DNA of 63,916 bases, counting the filler, from Sphaeroforma arctica JP610 (Eukaryota): the NCBI RefSeq assembly GCF_001186125.1. It is 6 parts of 3 records of this genome, joined end to end, with 100 filler letters (N's around TTAATTAATTAA, not from the genome) between each part and the next. Parts side by side here need not be neighbours in the genome. Positions count along the whole stretch, not along the records: positions 41,950 to 54,567 come from NW_014040524.1; positions 54,668 to 60,612 come from NW_014040523.1; 4 more parts are not named here. One strand, written 5' to 3'. The translations under genes were made by a program, and so were the position numbers. Positions 44,099 to 57,694 of this stretch are shown piece by piece (position 1 is the stretch's first letter; every line of letters begins with the position of its first letter). The notes beneath the pieces are model-generated. The model worked only from the letters and a program-made list of their open reading frames with translations, did not search any database and was not told where the DNA came from.

Positions 44099-46437
44099 AA
44101 TANNNNNNNNNNNNNNNNNNNNNNNNNNNNNNNNNNNNNNNNNNNNNNNNNNNNNNNNNNNNNNNNNNNNNNNNNNNNNNNNNNNNNNNNNNNNNNNNNN
44201 NNNNNNNNNNNNNNNNNNNNNNNNNNNNNNNNNNNNNNNNNNNNNNNNNNNNNNNNNNNNNNNNNNNNNNNNNNNNNNNNNNNNNNNNNNNNNNNNNNNN
44301 NNNNNNNNNNNNNNNNNNNNNNNNNNNNNNNNNNNNNNNNNNNNNNNNNNNNNNNNNNNNNNNNNNNNNNNNNNNNNNNNNNNNNNNNNNNNNNNNNNNN
44401 NNNNNNNNNNNNNNNNNNNNNNNNNNNNNNNNNNNNNNNNNNNNNNNNNNNNNNNNNNNNNNNNNATATCATATGTATATCTCGTTATCTTTACTAATAG
44501 TATTTCATATATATATATATATATCATATGTATATCTCATTATCTTTACAATGCATTGTAGTCCACATGTGTATATAGATATATATATATATCATGTATA
44601 TCTCATTATCTCATTATCTTTATACATAGCAGAGTGTTTCACATATACCTGTAAATATACCATGCATATCTCACCATCATGACGCTCTGTGTATAGTTCA
44701 GACTACCTTAGTTAATTCATAGTGTGCCGTACATATATTCGCTGCATTCTGTCTAGCGTGCATCTCTCTCGCTCACTGTACAATTACCTGCGCTTTTCCC
44801 GAGTATATATCTATCCCACCATACTTACAAATACACACACATACTTATTTCTGCGTCTGCATACATATAAGTGCGGATCCTTTGTCGTGTACTCACACAC
44901 ACACCTGTGTGTACGTCTCTCTCTCTCCCAATCCCCCTCAGATAATGGAACAAACCATCTTGTTCATAAACGACGATCTCCTCAAAGGACTAGCTCAGGT
45001 GCACACGTCTGTGGATGCCTTAGGGGCTGTGTGTTTAGGCCTGCCCATGTGCCGCACCTTATTTGGTAACAGGTACTCACCTATGGCTCCGTTTATGGGA
45101 CCGTCGGGGTTCGTTGAGTTGAATATGGTGCTGCTTCTGTATCCTAAGCAACAAGACTACTTTCTCAACACTGTCTACCAGGGCCTGAATACAGACGGTA
45201 CCAAGTAAGTGTCGTAAACTCGCTGTGGAATGTCGCAAACTGTGGCAGTGTGATTAATATCTGTCGCTTAGGTGATGTTACGTTAGACTGCGCTATGTAT
45301 TAAAACATTCGACATGTGGGTGACAAGGCGATTAATGATTTATGATGTCCTGCGTAGCATAAGCATATGAAAACAAACATATTTGCATGGATATGCACAC
45401 ACACACACACGCGCGCGCGCGCACTTCTCTGGTCGTTGTAGTGTCATGCTGATACAAATCGTCCATCCGTGGAGGAAGAATGGGACGCTCATGGGGGGGC
45501 ACAAACAAGTGCGCGTGCAGGCGACGGGAGAGGTAATCCACGAGAGCTTCGATCCTTTGGAACAGTACAACGTGGAGGTATGAGCTTGTTTAGTACAGGC
45601 CTGTTCGTTACTGTGCTATCTTATCTGGCCAGGTATACGAGACAGGGGACGTATCTTTCCACCCGACCAATTTTGGCATGTCAACGGTCACGGACATTAC
45701 GACAACATGTGAGTTGGTTAACAACAGTCGACGTACGTGTCAGTACTCAATTTCACAGTGTTTTAGTTTTGAGGATCAATATTTTTATCGTTAGTATAGT
45801 CACTTTAACTGTCACAGCAGCGATAAACCTTTCCCATGAACTATATATTGGTGACATCAGCGCGTTAGTATAGTCGCTTTAACTGAACGATCGTTACAGC
45901 AGCGATAAAATGGTTGTATTGACTATAAGGTTGTCACATTCGAAACAAATCTGTCCCATTAACTGCTCCTATGGTGTGTAAACTCTAAAACCCTAAACCC
46001 TTCCATTCATTTGTATGAGTCGGCACACACATACTAAGACGTTAGTATTTCAGAGGCTCAGAATTTACTATATAATCGATTGCTCGTGGATATGTAGGGT
46101 TTTTGGGCTCCATGGTTTTGGCACATCTCTATGGACTCAGCTATTAATTACGTGTGATGTTCTGCCTAGTGCTTTCATAATATTCAGATAGCAGTTATAT
46201 TGGCCCTTATCATTGCCCTGTTCAAACTCACTTCACACACAAACAAAACTGATTACAGGACCAATACTACTTCAAAGCCCTACAGAGTGGATACGTGTTG
46301 ACCCCTAATTCGTACGGACAGACTGCTAGGTCGGTTAATATCGACACCAACGCAGATATCCCAAACATTACGGGTGAGAGAGCGCGTGCTTTGTGCCCAT
46401 GGGTCTATGGTTTGTTCTAGAGACACTAGGATGTTGA

Positions 46438-46468
<31 letters not shown>

Positions 46469-49400
46469 NNNNNNNNNNNNNNNNNNNNNNNNNNNNNNNN
46501 NNNNNNNNNNNNNNNNNNNNNNNNNNNNNNNNNNNNNNNNNNNNNNNNNNNNNNNNNNNNNNNNNNNNNNNNNNNNNNNNNNNNNNNNNNNNNNNNNNNN
46601 NNNNNNNNNNNNNNNNNNNNNNNNNNNNNNNNNNNNNNNNNNNNNNNNNNNNNNNNNNNNNNNNNNNNNNNNNNNNNNNNNNNNNNNNNNNNNNNNNNNN
46701 NNNNNNNNNNNNNNNNNNNNNNNNNNNNNNNNNNNNNNNNNNNNNNNNNNNNNNNNNNNNNNNNNNNNNNNNNNNNNNNNNNNNNNNNNNNNNNNNNNNN
46801 NNNNNNNNNNNNNNNNNNNNNNNNNNNNNNNNNNNNNNNNNNNNNNNNNNNNNNNNNNNNNNNNNNNNNNNNNNNNNNNNNNNNNNNNNNNNNNNNNNNN
46901 NNNNNNNNNNNNNNNNNNNNNNNNNNNNNNNNNNNNNNNNNNNNNNNNNNNNNNNNNNNNNNNNNNNNNNNNNNNNNNNNNNNNNNNNNNNNNNNNNNNN
47001 NNNNNNNNNNNNNNNNNNNNNNNNNNNNNNNNNNNNNNNNNNNNNNNNNNNNNNNNNNNNNNNNNNNNNNNNNNNNNNNNNNNNNNNNNNNNNNNNNNNN
47101 NNNNNNNNNNNNNNNNNNNNNNNNNNNNNNNNNNNNNNNNNNNNNNNNNNNNNNNNNNNNNNNNNNNNNNNNNNNNNNNNNNNNNNNNNNNNNNNNNNNN
47201 NNNNNNNNNNNNNNNNNNNNNNNNNNNNNNNNNNNNNNNNNNNNNNNNNNNNNNNNNNNNNNNNNNNNNNNNNNNNNNNNNNNNNNNNNNNNNNNNNNNN
47301 NNNNNNNNNNNNNNNNNNNNNNNNNNNNNNNNNNNNNNNNNNNNNNNNNNNNNNNNNNNNNNNNNNNNNNNNNNNNNNNNNNNNNNNNNNNNNNNNNNNN
47401 NNNNNNNNNNNNNNNNNNNNNNNNNNNNGCTGGCTGCATATTGTAAAACGCTGAACCTTCAATACTTAGTTATGTTAGATATACCGTGCTGTCATGGATT
47501 GTATATATGTGTCTTTATTTATTTTCAACATTTAGTGAGCCCTACTCCTACCTTATACTCATGCATTGTGTATGTGCTTGCCGATACAAACTAAGGCGGA
47601 CGCCGGAAGCGCAGACGTGATCATGGTGATGAGGTTTCGGATTCGTTCGACCACACCCACATAAACAGTGGGGGTAATTTCACAGGGAATGGGGCAGGCC
47701 TGTGGCAGACTATTTGGGTCGACCCCTATCTGCTGCCTAGCAACGCGAGTATCATGGCGACGAGCAACATGGTGCTGGATGAGGAAACAGGCGAGATAGA
47801 TACGGTAGGTGCGGCAAAGGAAGGTGCCAACCGAACCCCTCATACCCTAAAACCCTCAAACCCTATAATCACGATTCCTAATACCCTAAACCCTACAACC
47901 CTACGACCCTAAACCTCTGAATTCCAAATTGAAGGGCTCATGTTGACACCATCACTTTGGATAAGCTATTGCATTCCATCGACTCGACTGCGAGTGGCGA
48001 ACTGTACAGTCTAGCAACTACTTCATACGAGCTGTACAGTCTAGCAAGTACTTCTTATGAGCTATACAGTCTAGCAAGTACTTCCATTGAGCTGTACAGT
48101 CTAGCAAGTACTTCTTACGAGCTGTACAGTCTAGCAAGTACTTCTTATGAGCTGTACAGTCTCGCAAGTACTTCCTATGAGCTGTACAGTCTATCACCTA
48201 CTTCTTATGAGCTGTACAGTCTAGCAAGTACTTCTTATGAGCTGTACAGTCTATCAACTACTTCTTATAAGCTGTACAGTTTAGCGACTACTTCTTATGA
48301 GCTGTACAGTCTAGCAACTACTTCCACTGAGCTGTACAGTCTATTAACTACTTCTTATGAGCTGCACAGTCTAACAAGTACTTCTTATGAGCTGTACAGT
48401 CTAGCAACTACTTCTGATGAGCTGTACAGTCTAGCAACTACTTCTTATGAGCTGTACAGTCTATCGACTACTTCATACGAGCATCCGTGCGACAACTACA
48501 GACGTATGCTTGTAATGAGGAATGTATTGGGTGGATTGTGTAGTGTTGACACTGAGCTATAACATTGGTAGTTCTGTACATAGCCCTGAATGATGCAACA
48601 CTGCCGCACCCCCATAATCAACAACACCTGCAATCTCTAAAACCCTAAACCCAAACACTAAAACCCTAAAACCCTATGTCAGAACATACACACTAACCCA
48701 CATCACCACACTAGATCAAACGCACGTGTAACACGCAACAGAACTCCACATGAAGACCTGTGTGATCTGTTAATACTCACTCACATAGTATGACCACAAA
48801 CTTATGTATCCTATCCCATTGGGATGCCAATCTGGCGCTCACACACTATACTGCCTACCTACGCACACATTGTGATTTGACCCGGCGCTCTCATACCCCA
48901 TTTCGCTGCGGATGTATATGTATATCGCTAACCATCTGATTACATCCCACTCCTTTATATATATATATATATATATGCGTGTGTGTATATGCTCATCTGA
49001 AGGCGATAGTGGTGGGGTTGTTTACGCGAGACCTGTTCAACCCAGCGAGTGATGTGCAGGGTGTGCTGCACAGTGCTTGCATCAATTTTGAAGGCATCAT
49101 CCTGGACGACCAGACAGCCCATCTCACGGGCGATAAGTACGTTGTGGCTTGTGTATGTTGTGTGTGTGTTGTGTGTTGTGTATATATTGTGTGTTGTGTG
49201 TATGTTGTGTGTTGTGTGTTATGTGTATATTGTGTGTGTGCTGTGTGTTGTGCGTTTTGTGTGTGTGCCGTGGGATTTGTGTATGCTGTGTGTGTGTTGT
49301 GTGTTATGTGTATGTTGTGTGTCTTATATATTGTGTGTGTTGGTTGAGTCATGTCTGTGTATTCTGTGTGTTGTGTGTATTGTTTGTCTTTGTTGAGTGA

Positions 49401-52400
49401 GTGAGTGTGTTGTGTGTATTGTTTGTCTTTGTTGAGTGAGTGAGTGTGTTGTGTGTATTGTTTGTCTTTGTTGAGTGTGTGTGTGTGTTGTGTGTATTGT
49501 TTGTCTTTGTTGAGTGTGTGTGTGTTGTGTGTGTTTTGTTTGTCTTTGTTGAGTTTGTGTGCGTGTTTGCCTTTTGGCGTTACTACACGCCTAGGTTTAA
49601 ATGTGTAATCTTGTGATTTAGATATATATATTTGAATAGTTGGTTCAGTATTTGCCTTCTCGTCACAGCCACATACCACATACACACACGGACATTCGTG
49701 TCTTTGTCGCCGTTTCGTCGTAAATTAAAATCCCTAAACCCTAACACGCATGGAATTATTACATTTTAAAGTATTATTAAAACAAGCCAAAACGTCCCTA
49801 AATCTTACCCATTGCAGTGATTCTGGGTTGTCAGTTTTGCTTGAACAGGAACTCGACAGAAGCCTTTTACGACAACGGGTAGGTCAGTGGTGTAAGCGAA
49901 GTACACAACATGCTTACTATAGATATATATACCATCTATAGATATATATATATATACCATCTATAGACATATTCATACCATACTATATATATATATATAT
50001 ATATATACCACGACATACCATGTATAAAGCTGTAGATATATACATACCATCTATAGTATAGATATATATCGATGTATACATGCCATCCATAGATATATAC
50101 ATACCATATATGGATATATACATACCATATATAGCTATATGCACACCATCTATATATATATGCATAACATCCATAAATATATACATACTACCTATAGATG
50201 TATACATGTCATTTATATATACATATTTACATATATATACTATTTATGCATTGATATGCATAAAATCTACAGATGTATATTTTATATACATGTCATCTAT
50301 ACATATCTATATTGATATTAGTATAGTCTATTGGAATAGGAGTACCGTTATCTGCGCTCTTATTAGTGCTGCATCGAGATTTACAAACGGCTTATGTGCT
50401 GCACCGTATCCAAGACATCTCCCGCCTGTCAACCGTCCCAGGTCTTTCTTACACGGACACGCTCACACGTACACATCACCACACAGAGGTACGACGGCAC
50501 CCACCCAGAGGAAGCACCCGCAGGCGACTCAGGGGTCATGCGCAGTATCGGACGGTACTATGCACAGAGTGAGAACGTGCTACTGCGCACTATCATCACC
50601 AAGGTGTTGGATGCGTATGGCGACCTAGGCACTCTGGACCACACACAGCTTCACAGCGTCAAGGTCGACGGCACAACCTACTTCGCACGCACGGGTGAGT
50701 GGCTGGGGCGGCAGGTCTTGGGGTTTGGGGGTTTAGTCCTCAAGTGGAGTGTTCCCTTTAGTTTCGCCTTAAAACTTGGTTTGATTTACCCGCGTGTAAA
50801 ACTTGGTTATTTCCAGTTTAAACCTTTTCACCTCTTGGTGGCATGTAAAGTTGTGCCCGTTCTGACACGCGTTGTGCGGTTTATCTCACCACAGCGGAGG
50901 CGTCGTATGAGGAGATCATGTACAACGGCACCGTGCGCGCTGCGAAGTTCATTCAGCTTGTGTATGTGAGTCAACAGATCATCTCGGCGCAGACGCTCGC
51001 TGGTAAGTGCATGTGCCATGTACACTATGTGTGTGTGCATGTGTGGTATTTGCGTGTGTGTTCATGCGTGGTGTGTGTGTGTGCGTGTGTGCATGTGTAT
51101 GCTTAATGTATGTACGTAGTTACTTGTATATTCGGGTTTTGTGTGTATATAGCTCATACAAATGTGTGCATATATACGTGTGGTTGGATTATGTGCACAT
51201 ACATAGTTCATATAAGTGTGCATATATACATGGCTTTGGGATTTGTGCACATACATAACTCTTGTAAAGTATATATATATACGTATGTGAAGCATATGGA
51301 TGGCTGTGGTGTGGTAGAGTGCTGCTCACCAAGTTCAATTATGAACACGAATGTGTGCATAAATCACACCCACTTGTACCTAGCACACATTCGTATGCGT
51401 CATCTTACATCACTTGTTATTAAACACCGCTTATTATTAAATAATCACCATTAACTCACGCATATGCCACACACTCACTCCATAGACCGAGACAGGTACA
51501 TATTGCTGATGTGGGTGGCTGTGTTTGTGATCATCCTTGCGGCGTGTGCCTTGGCTATTGCGGTGACCATTCCATTGGGCCATCAGAGTAGAGCCCTCGA
51601 GCTTCTAGCGCTCATGATGGTATGCAACAGTTGTGTGCACAGAAACATTATACTATGTTACCATGCTAGCATATTACCATGGTAGCATGTTACCATGTGT
51701 TGGTATGTTAGTAGAGATGTATGTACCACTGTGTATCTGTATTACAACTGTCCACTAACCTTTATATGTTCTATTCCCCGTCTTTTGTCTGTTATACTTG
51801 TGCATTAATATCTTACCCAATGCTCTTCGTTTTATTTGTTTTTTTAATTGACAGGATCCGGCCATGGTGACTGTGCCCATTGACTCTAATTTCTGGGAAG
51901 TGCGACGGCTGCAGATGAGTCTCAAAGGGTTTGGTAAGTCATCCAAACTAACCCCTAAAACAAAAACTAAACCCTATAACAAAAACTAAACCCTAAAACA
52001 AAAACTAAACCCTATAACAAAAACTAAACCCTAAAACAAAAACTAAACCCTAAAACAAAACTAACCCCTAAAACAAAAACTAAACCCTAAAACAAAAACT
52101 AGACCCTAAAACAAAAACTATCCCCCAAAACAAAAACTAAACCCTATAACAAAAACTAAACCCTATAACAAACCCTAAACCCTAAACCCAAGTGATCACA
52201 AAGCAGTCCATAGAAAATCCGAACAAATATTTGCGGAGATTTGATATGAGTGTAGTATGTGTGTATATATATCTGTGTCTGTCCAGGGTTTTTTCCGGCC
52301 GTTGTCAACTTCTGTGGTTTTTTTGGAGTGTAGTCCGTATTTTGTTCCTCAAGCACACCACATATATATGTAACCCTAGAACTACAAAACCTTAAACCCT

Positions 52401-54411
52401 ATACCCTAAGCCCGTCATCGGATATAGTCTATATGAATCTAGAGTTCCATCTGTTGCATTGCTATGTCCACTTCCTTGTTTGTTATAGCGTCTTTAGTCT
52501 CATCTGGCCCTATCGCAGGTGTGCGTGTTGAACTTGAACACACATATAACAAATACGACACACAAACGAGATATATACGACACACATAACACACATACGA
52601 CACATATACGACATATATACGACACACACAGGACATATATACGACACACATAACACACATGCGACACACATACGACATATATACGACACACACAGGACAT
52701 ATATACGACAAACATAACACACTTAATACACACATAGACATAAATACGACACACATAACACACTTACGTCATATATACAACACATACGACATATATACGA
52801 CACACATAACACACATACGACACACATACGACATACATACGACACACATACGACATATATACGACACACACAGGACATATATACGACAAACATAACACAC
52901 ATACGACACACATACGATATATATTCGACACACACAAGACATATATACCACACAGTGTGTCGTATATATGTCCTGTGTGTGTCGTATATATATCGTATGT
53001 GTGTTATGTGTGTCTTATATATGTCCTGTGTGCGTCGTATATATGTCGTATGTGTGTCGAATGTGTGTTATGTGTGTCGTATATATGTCCTGTGTGTGTC
53101 GTATATATGTCCTGTGTGTGTCGTATATATGTCCTGTGTGTGTGGTATATACGACACAAACAGGACATATATACGACACAATACGACATTTATACGACAC
53201 ACATACGACATACATACGACACACGTACGACATATATACGACACACACAGGACATATATACGACACACATAACACACATACGACACACATACGACATATA
53301 TACGACACACACGGGACATATATACGACACAAATATCAGACATACGACACACATACGACATATATACGACACACACAGGACATATATACGACACACATAA
53401 CACACATACGACACACTTACGTCATATATACGACACACACAGGACATATATACGACACACATAACACATATACGACACACATACGACATATATACGACAC
53501 ACATAACATACATACGACACACATACAGCATATATACGACATACATACGACATATATACGAAATATATACGACACACACAGAACATATATACGACACAAA
53601 TACGACATATATACGACACACATACGACATATATACGACACACATAACATACATACGACACACATACAACATATATACGACATACATACGACACACATAC
53701 GACACACTTACGTCATATATACGACACACACAGGACATATATACGACACACATAACACATATACGACACACATACGACATACATACGACACACATAACAT
53801 ACATACGACACACATACAACATATATACGACATACATACGACATATATACGACACACATACGAAATATATACGACACACACAAACATATATACGACACAA
53901 ATACGACATATATACGACACACATACGACATACATACGACACACACAGGACATGTATACGACACACATACGATACACACGCCATAAATCCTCACAACCGC
54001 TCAGTACGACGAACATACGCCGAATTGTTGTTTGGTCTGTCCAGCTCGTCAGCCCATGTCACTTGCATCTGGAAGCTCGTGCATGGGAATTGTCGCACTC
54101 GTGTGTATGCATGTGTGCACACACATATTAACACACACTCATGTATATACCCATATACTCACGCATGTATATACATAAACATGCACACGTACAAACGAAC
54201 AAGCAATCGCATAAGTATATACACACACAACTCATACCCATGCATATCTCTCGTATATATGATACCGTTGTGGCTCGTCTCGTCTGCAGTGGACAACTAT
54301 CGGTTGTACAGTACAATCAAAGCCTCCCTTCTGCTTGTGCTGGAGGACGGCACCATTGCTTACGCCAACAACCACTTCTACAAGTCCTTCGAAGTGGAAG
54401 ACCACGACGAG
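42267..54411 (+). CDS. Spliced membrane sensor: TM1 - dCache-like extracellular domain - TM2 - HAMP - PAS; at least 570 codons; C-terminal output domain lost at contig break
   Basis: Phase-consistent exons: 42267-42365, 43710-43841, 44942-45204, 45442-45577, 46259-46373, 47686-47804, 49003-49136, 49818-49878, 50487-50694, 50895-51002, 51486-51619, 51855-51933, 54290-54411 (1710 nt). TM1 IRVIVAVLFAVMMVILGLFISFAM. dCache-like DQYYFKALQSG and IWVDPYL. TM2 ILLMWVAVFVIILAACALAIAV. HAMP TIPLGHQSRALELLA...DSNFWEVRRLQMSL. PAS start LLLVLEDGTIAYANNHF. Possible first exon 41251-41335 lies across a linker. Confidence 0.75.
42675..43075. repeat. ~55-62-bp degenerate tandem repeat (ATACATGCATGCTACAGCTGTGTGCACATGTATG...), ~7 copies, intronic
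   Basis: Direct inspection. Confidence 0.8.
47999..48483. repeat. 30-bp minisatellite GAGCTGTACAGTCTAGCAAGTACTTCTTAT, 16 copies, intronic
   Basis: Direct inspection; produces the ELYSLASTSY repeat ORF. Confidence 0.9.
51945..52190. repeat. 19-bp tandem repeat AAACCCTAAAACAAAAACT containing a telomere-like CCCTAAA core
   Basis: Direct inspection; ends in pure (AAACCCT)n. Confidence 0.9.
52550..53975. repeat. ATACGACACAC-based satellite with an internal inverted block (~52955-53147)
   Basis: Direct inspection; the strand composition flips from AC-rich to GT-rich and back. Confidence 0.9.
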
Positions 54412-54700
54412 GTGGGTGTGTATGGAATGGCATGCCGATGCGAATGTGTATATCCATTGTGGCCCCTGTCTTCTTCTCTTCTCTTGTGCACCCTGATTCC
54501 TCTGGTGTGTGCTTATGAATGCTCGCTCACTCACTTGTTCGTTTAGTGTTTGCTTATGAATTCACTCNNNNNNNNNNNNNNNNNNNNNNNNNNNNNNNNN
54601 NNNNNNNNNNNTTAATTAATTAANNNNNNNNNNNNNNNNNNNNNNNNNNNNNNNNNNNNNNNNNNNNTTTATATATAGGTATGAATATATATACACATAC

Positions 54701-54736
<36 letters not shown>

Positions 54737-56331
54737 ATATGTATATATATAGAGTACGCTGCTGTGCTGCTATACTCTTCTTTGCTGGATTCTATGGACA
54801 GGTGTCTGCACTTTGTGATTCAACCGGCGATACTGCTCAGTGAGCATGCTTGACAATCGTTTGACATAGTGTATCGAATTTCATTCGGATTATGCGCGAA
54901 ATTAAACACATGATTAAATAAACAAATCTCTATGTCAAAAGCCTCTTTGTTTCCTGTCAATAGAATGAGTACATCACCCATTTTAAAATCTTGGGTGCAT
55001 CCCCCTTTTTAAGATTATGGGTGCGTTTAGGCCCAAGAGTATTTGTCCGACTTTTGTACTATCAGCATATCTCGGGACTACATACTTCGCGCGAGAGTGC
55101 ACACTGCACAGATGTATAAACCTGAATAAATCGTCAGGCACGCTTTTGCAGAAGGGATTTATAAACATCTTTCCTTTTACGCCACAATGAACAAAGCTTC
55201 AGCAGGGACAGATCCAGTGTCTTTCAATATAAATATCTTAACCCTGGCTGGATAGGGTTCAATAGGGTTTTAGGGTTTGTATTTTTGGCGCCTGGGTCTG
55301 GGGGACAGTGGTCTGGTACATCGCGAGGGACTCGCACCCTTCTACAGCGTGTGGTTGTATTAAAGTACTTGCCAGAGGTTCGTCCTTTATCGTCAAGTGA
55401 AGATAATTACCAATCGGATATACGACAATTCCTGTCGGATCGTGCATGTACAAGGGCAGATAACTACCAATAAGATATACGACAATACCTGGCGTATTTA
55501 ATAGCTGTGTAAGTACGAGTGCAGTTTACCACCATCAGTATATATAAGACCCGCTTAACCGTTGCTACAGGTGAGGTACTGCGACCCTCCAGGCCCACGC
55601 TTTACGTCGGATGTCCAGTGGCAATACCACCAGCCCTAAACAAACGGAACGGCAATTCAACTAGTACCTAACTTTCCTATGGCCTCTGGTGAGCGGCTTA
55701 CAGCATCTTCCGAACTTCGGGTTCGGCGTACGGCTCTACCATACTGTGGCTGAGATCATCAGCTCAGAAAGAAGCGTTGCATATGGGTCATGACTTGCTA
55801 CCACACCACTGGGGTCACGGCAGGATCAACTGTCAAAACTCGCAGTAAACCGAGTGATGGGCAGCCGGGGTGAAGTCAAGGCCAGGCCAAGCAATGCGTG
55901 TTATACATAAACTGTTATGTTGTAAGTGAGCAAGACGGTCGTAGGATGTGTGTCGAGTGGGGCAACCCTGGTTACAACAACAACGTGTACACACCAACAC
56001 ACTTGTTGGCTCGTGACGAAGGCTGTTACGGTAGGTGTCACTCTCTGCCCCACCAGGGCACTCGCGGTCAGATATAGACTTCAGTACAAACACAGTCTAA
56101 AGAATACCCCACAGCCAACCCGAGAATTACACCTTGCCCCAGAACCTATGTTTTTAGGATCGGTCCCCACTTTATAGGGCACAGCCCGTATTGATTCGGC
56201 ATTTAGGACTGAGCCAGTTTGCGTCCTCGCCCTATTGCGTGTATAGAAGTGCGACCCGCAATCTGACCAGTCTTCAGTAGTACTGTCTCAGTTATAGTCG
56301 TATACATATTACGAATGTGCGTCATACGGTG

Positions 56332-56750
56332 TATTATACCATCCCGGTTTCTGTATAATATCATCCTGGTTTCTGGATGATACCATCCTGGTTTCTGTAT
56401 AATATCATCCCGATTTCTGTATAATACCATCCCGGTTTCTGTATAATATCATCTCGGTTTCTGGATGATACCATCCCGGTTTCTGTATAATATCATCCCG
56501 ATTTCTGTATAATACCATCCCGATTTCTGTATAATACCATCCCGGTTTCTATATAATATCATCCCGGTTTCTGTAGAATACCATCCCGGTTTCTGTATAA
56601 TACCATCCCGGTTTCTGTACAATACCATCCCGGTTTCTGTACTGTACCATCCCTGTTTCTGTATAATACCATCCCGGTTTCTGTATAATACCATCCCGGT
56701 TTCTGTATAATAACATCCCGGTTTCTGTACAATGCCATCCCGCCCGGTTT
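56332..56750. repeat. 22-bp minisatellite TACCATCCCGGTTTCTGTATAA, ~18 copies
   Basis: Direct inspection. Confidence 0.9.
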
Positions 56751-57164
56751 GCTATGCGATAGACAAGCAAACCATATCATTAAACGTCACCAGCAACCAT
56801 CAAGAATTCCGCCGTGTCCGGGCACTAACGCAATCTGCCAGCGAGCGCAACGGTCTGTCAGAGGCACACAGCAGCACGCGATCTCATCCCACCTACTAAC
56901 ATGCCATCGCATGCCCATCGCATGCCCATCACATCCTACTGACAGTCATCACATGCCCTTCACATGCTACTAACATACCATCACATGCCCATCACATGCT
57001 ACTAACATGCCATCACATGCCCATCACATGCTACAAACATGTCATCACATGCACTCAACTGCAAACCAGCCACCAGCAGATACAGTACTCTACTCACCCA
57101 ACAGACGCACATGGCGATGGAAGTGCGTGGGAAGGTACACATAGCTGTGCACAACAGCCGCTTG

Positions 57165-57418
57165 CTACCTACACACCTCACTACTACGACTCTCCCCATG
57201 TGTGGGCTGAGTGTCTATCAGCCGATTGCTACCTACACACCTCACTACTACGACTCTTCCCATGTGCGGGCTGAGTGTCTATCAGCCGATTGCTACCTAC
57301 ACACCTCACTACTACGACTCTGCCCATGTGTGGACTGAGTGTCTATTAGCCGATTGCTACCTACACACCTCACTACTACGACTCTTCACGTGTGTGGGCT
57401 GAGTGTCTATCAGCCGAT
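57165..57418. repeat. 64-bp tandem repeat, 4 copies, overlapping the DDRGK-gene stop codon
   Basis: Units start at 57165, 57229, 57293 and 57357. Confidence 0.9.
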
Positions 57419-57663
57419 GGCGTTGTAGTGGCGTCGTGTGTGAAATGATCTGCCGCACATGCTGAATGCTCATCGACGTCGTGTCCTGCGGAGGTACTTT
57501 TTATACGCACAGACTGTGAGGTCATCGCTAGTGTATGCATCAGATCTGCCAGCGCACTCGTGCTGATACGGCCAGTCTCGTTGATGGTAGCTGCTAATGT
57601 CTGAAGCATAGTCTGGCAGGTAGAGGTAAGGGTGGGGTGAGAGTCGGATTGAGTGCATAGGGC

Positions 57664-57694
<31 letters not shown>

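Noticed and set aside
46368..47594. Long X-filled ORFs spanning N gaps (also 43961-44561 and 12279-12476)
   Set aside because: Artefacts of N runs.
47999..48483. Regular 30-bp repeats (and the 22-35-bp arrays elsewhere) as a CRISPR array
   Set aside because: Head-to-tail units with no unique spacers, no cas genes, and a eukaryotic intronic context.
52439..54131. Many overlapping Cys/Val/Tyr- or His/Thr-rich ORFs
   Set aside because: Translations of simple satellite DNA; the same applies to the (AT)n/(GT)n ORFs at 16.5, 19.8, 28, 37, 49 and 56 kb.
54983..55240. Possible SWIM zinc-finger/MULE remnant (WICPC*SF...FCKS) on the minus strand
   Set aside because: Too short, interrupted by a stop, lacks the final His, and has no TIRs or other transposase motifs.
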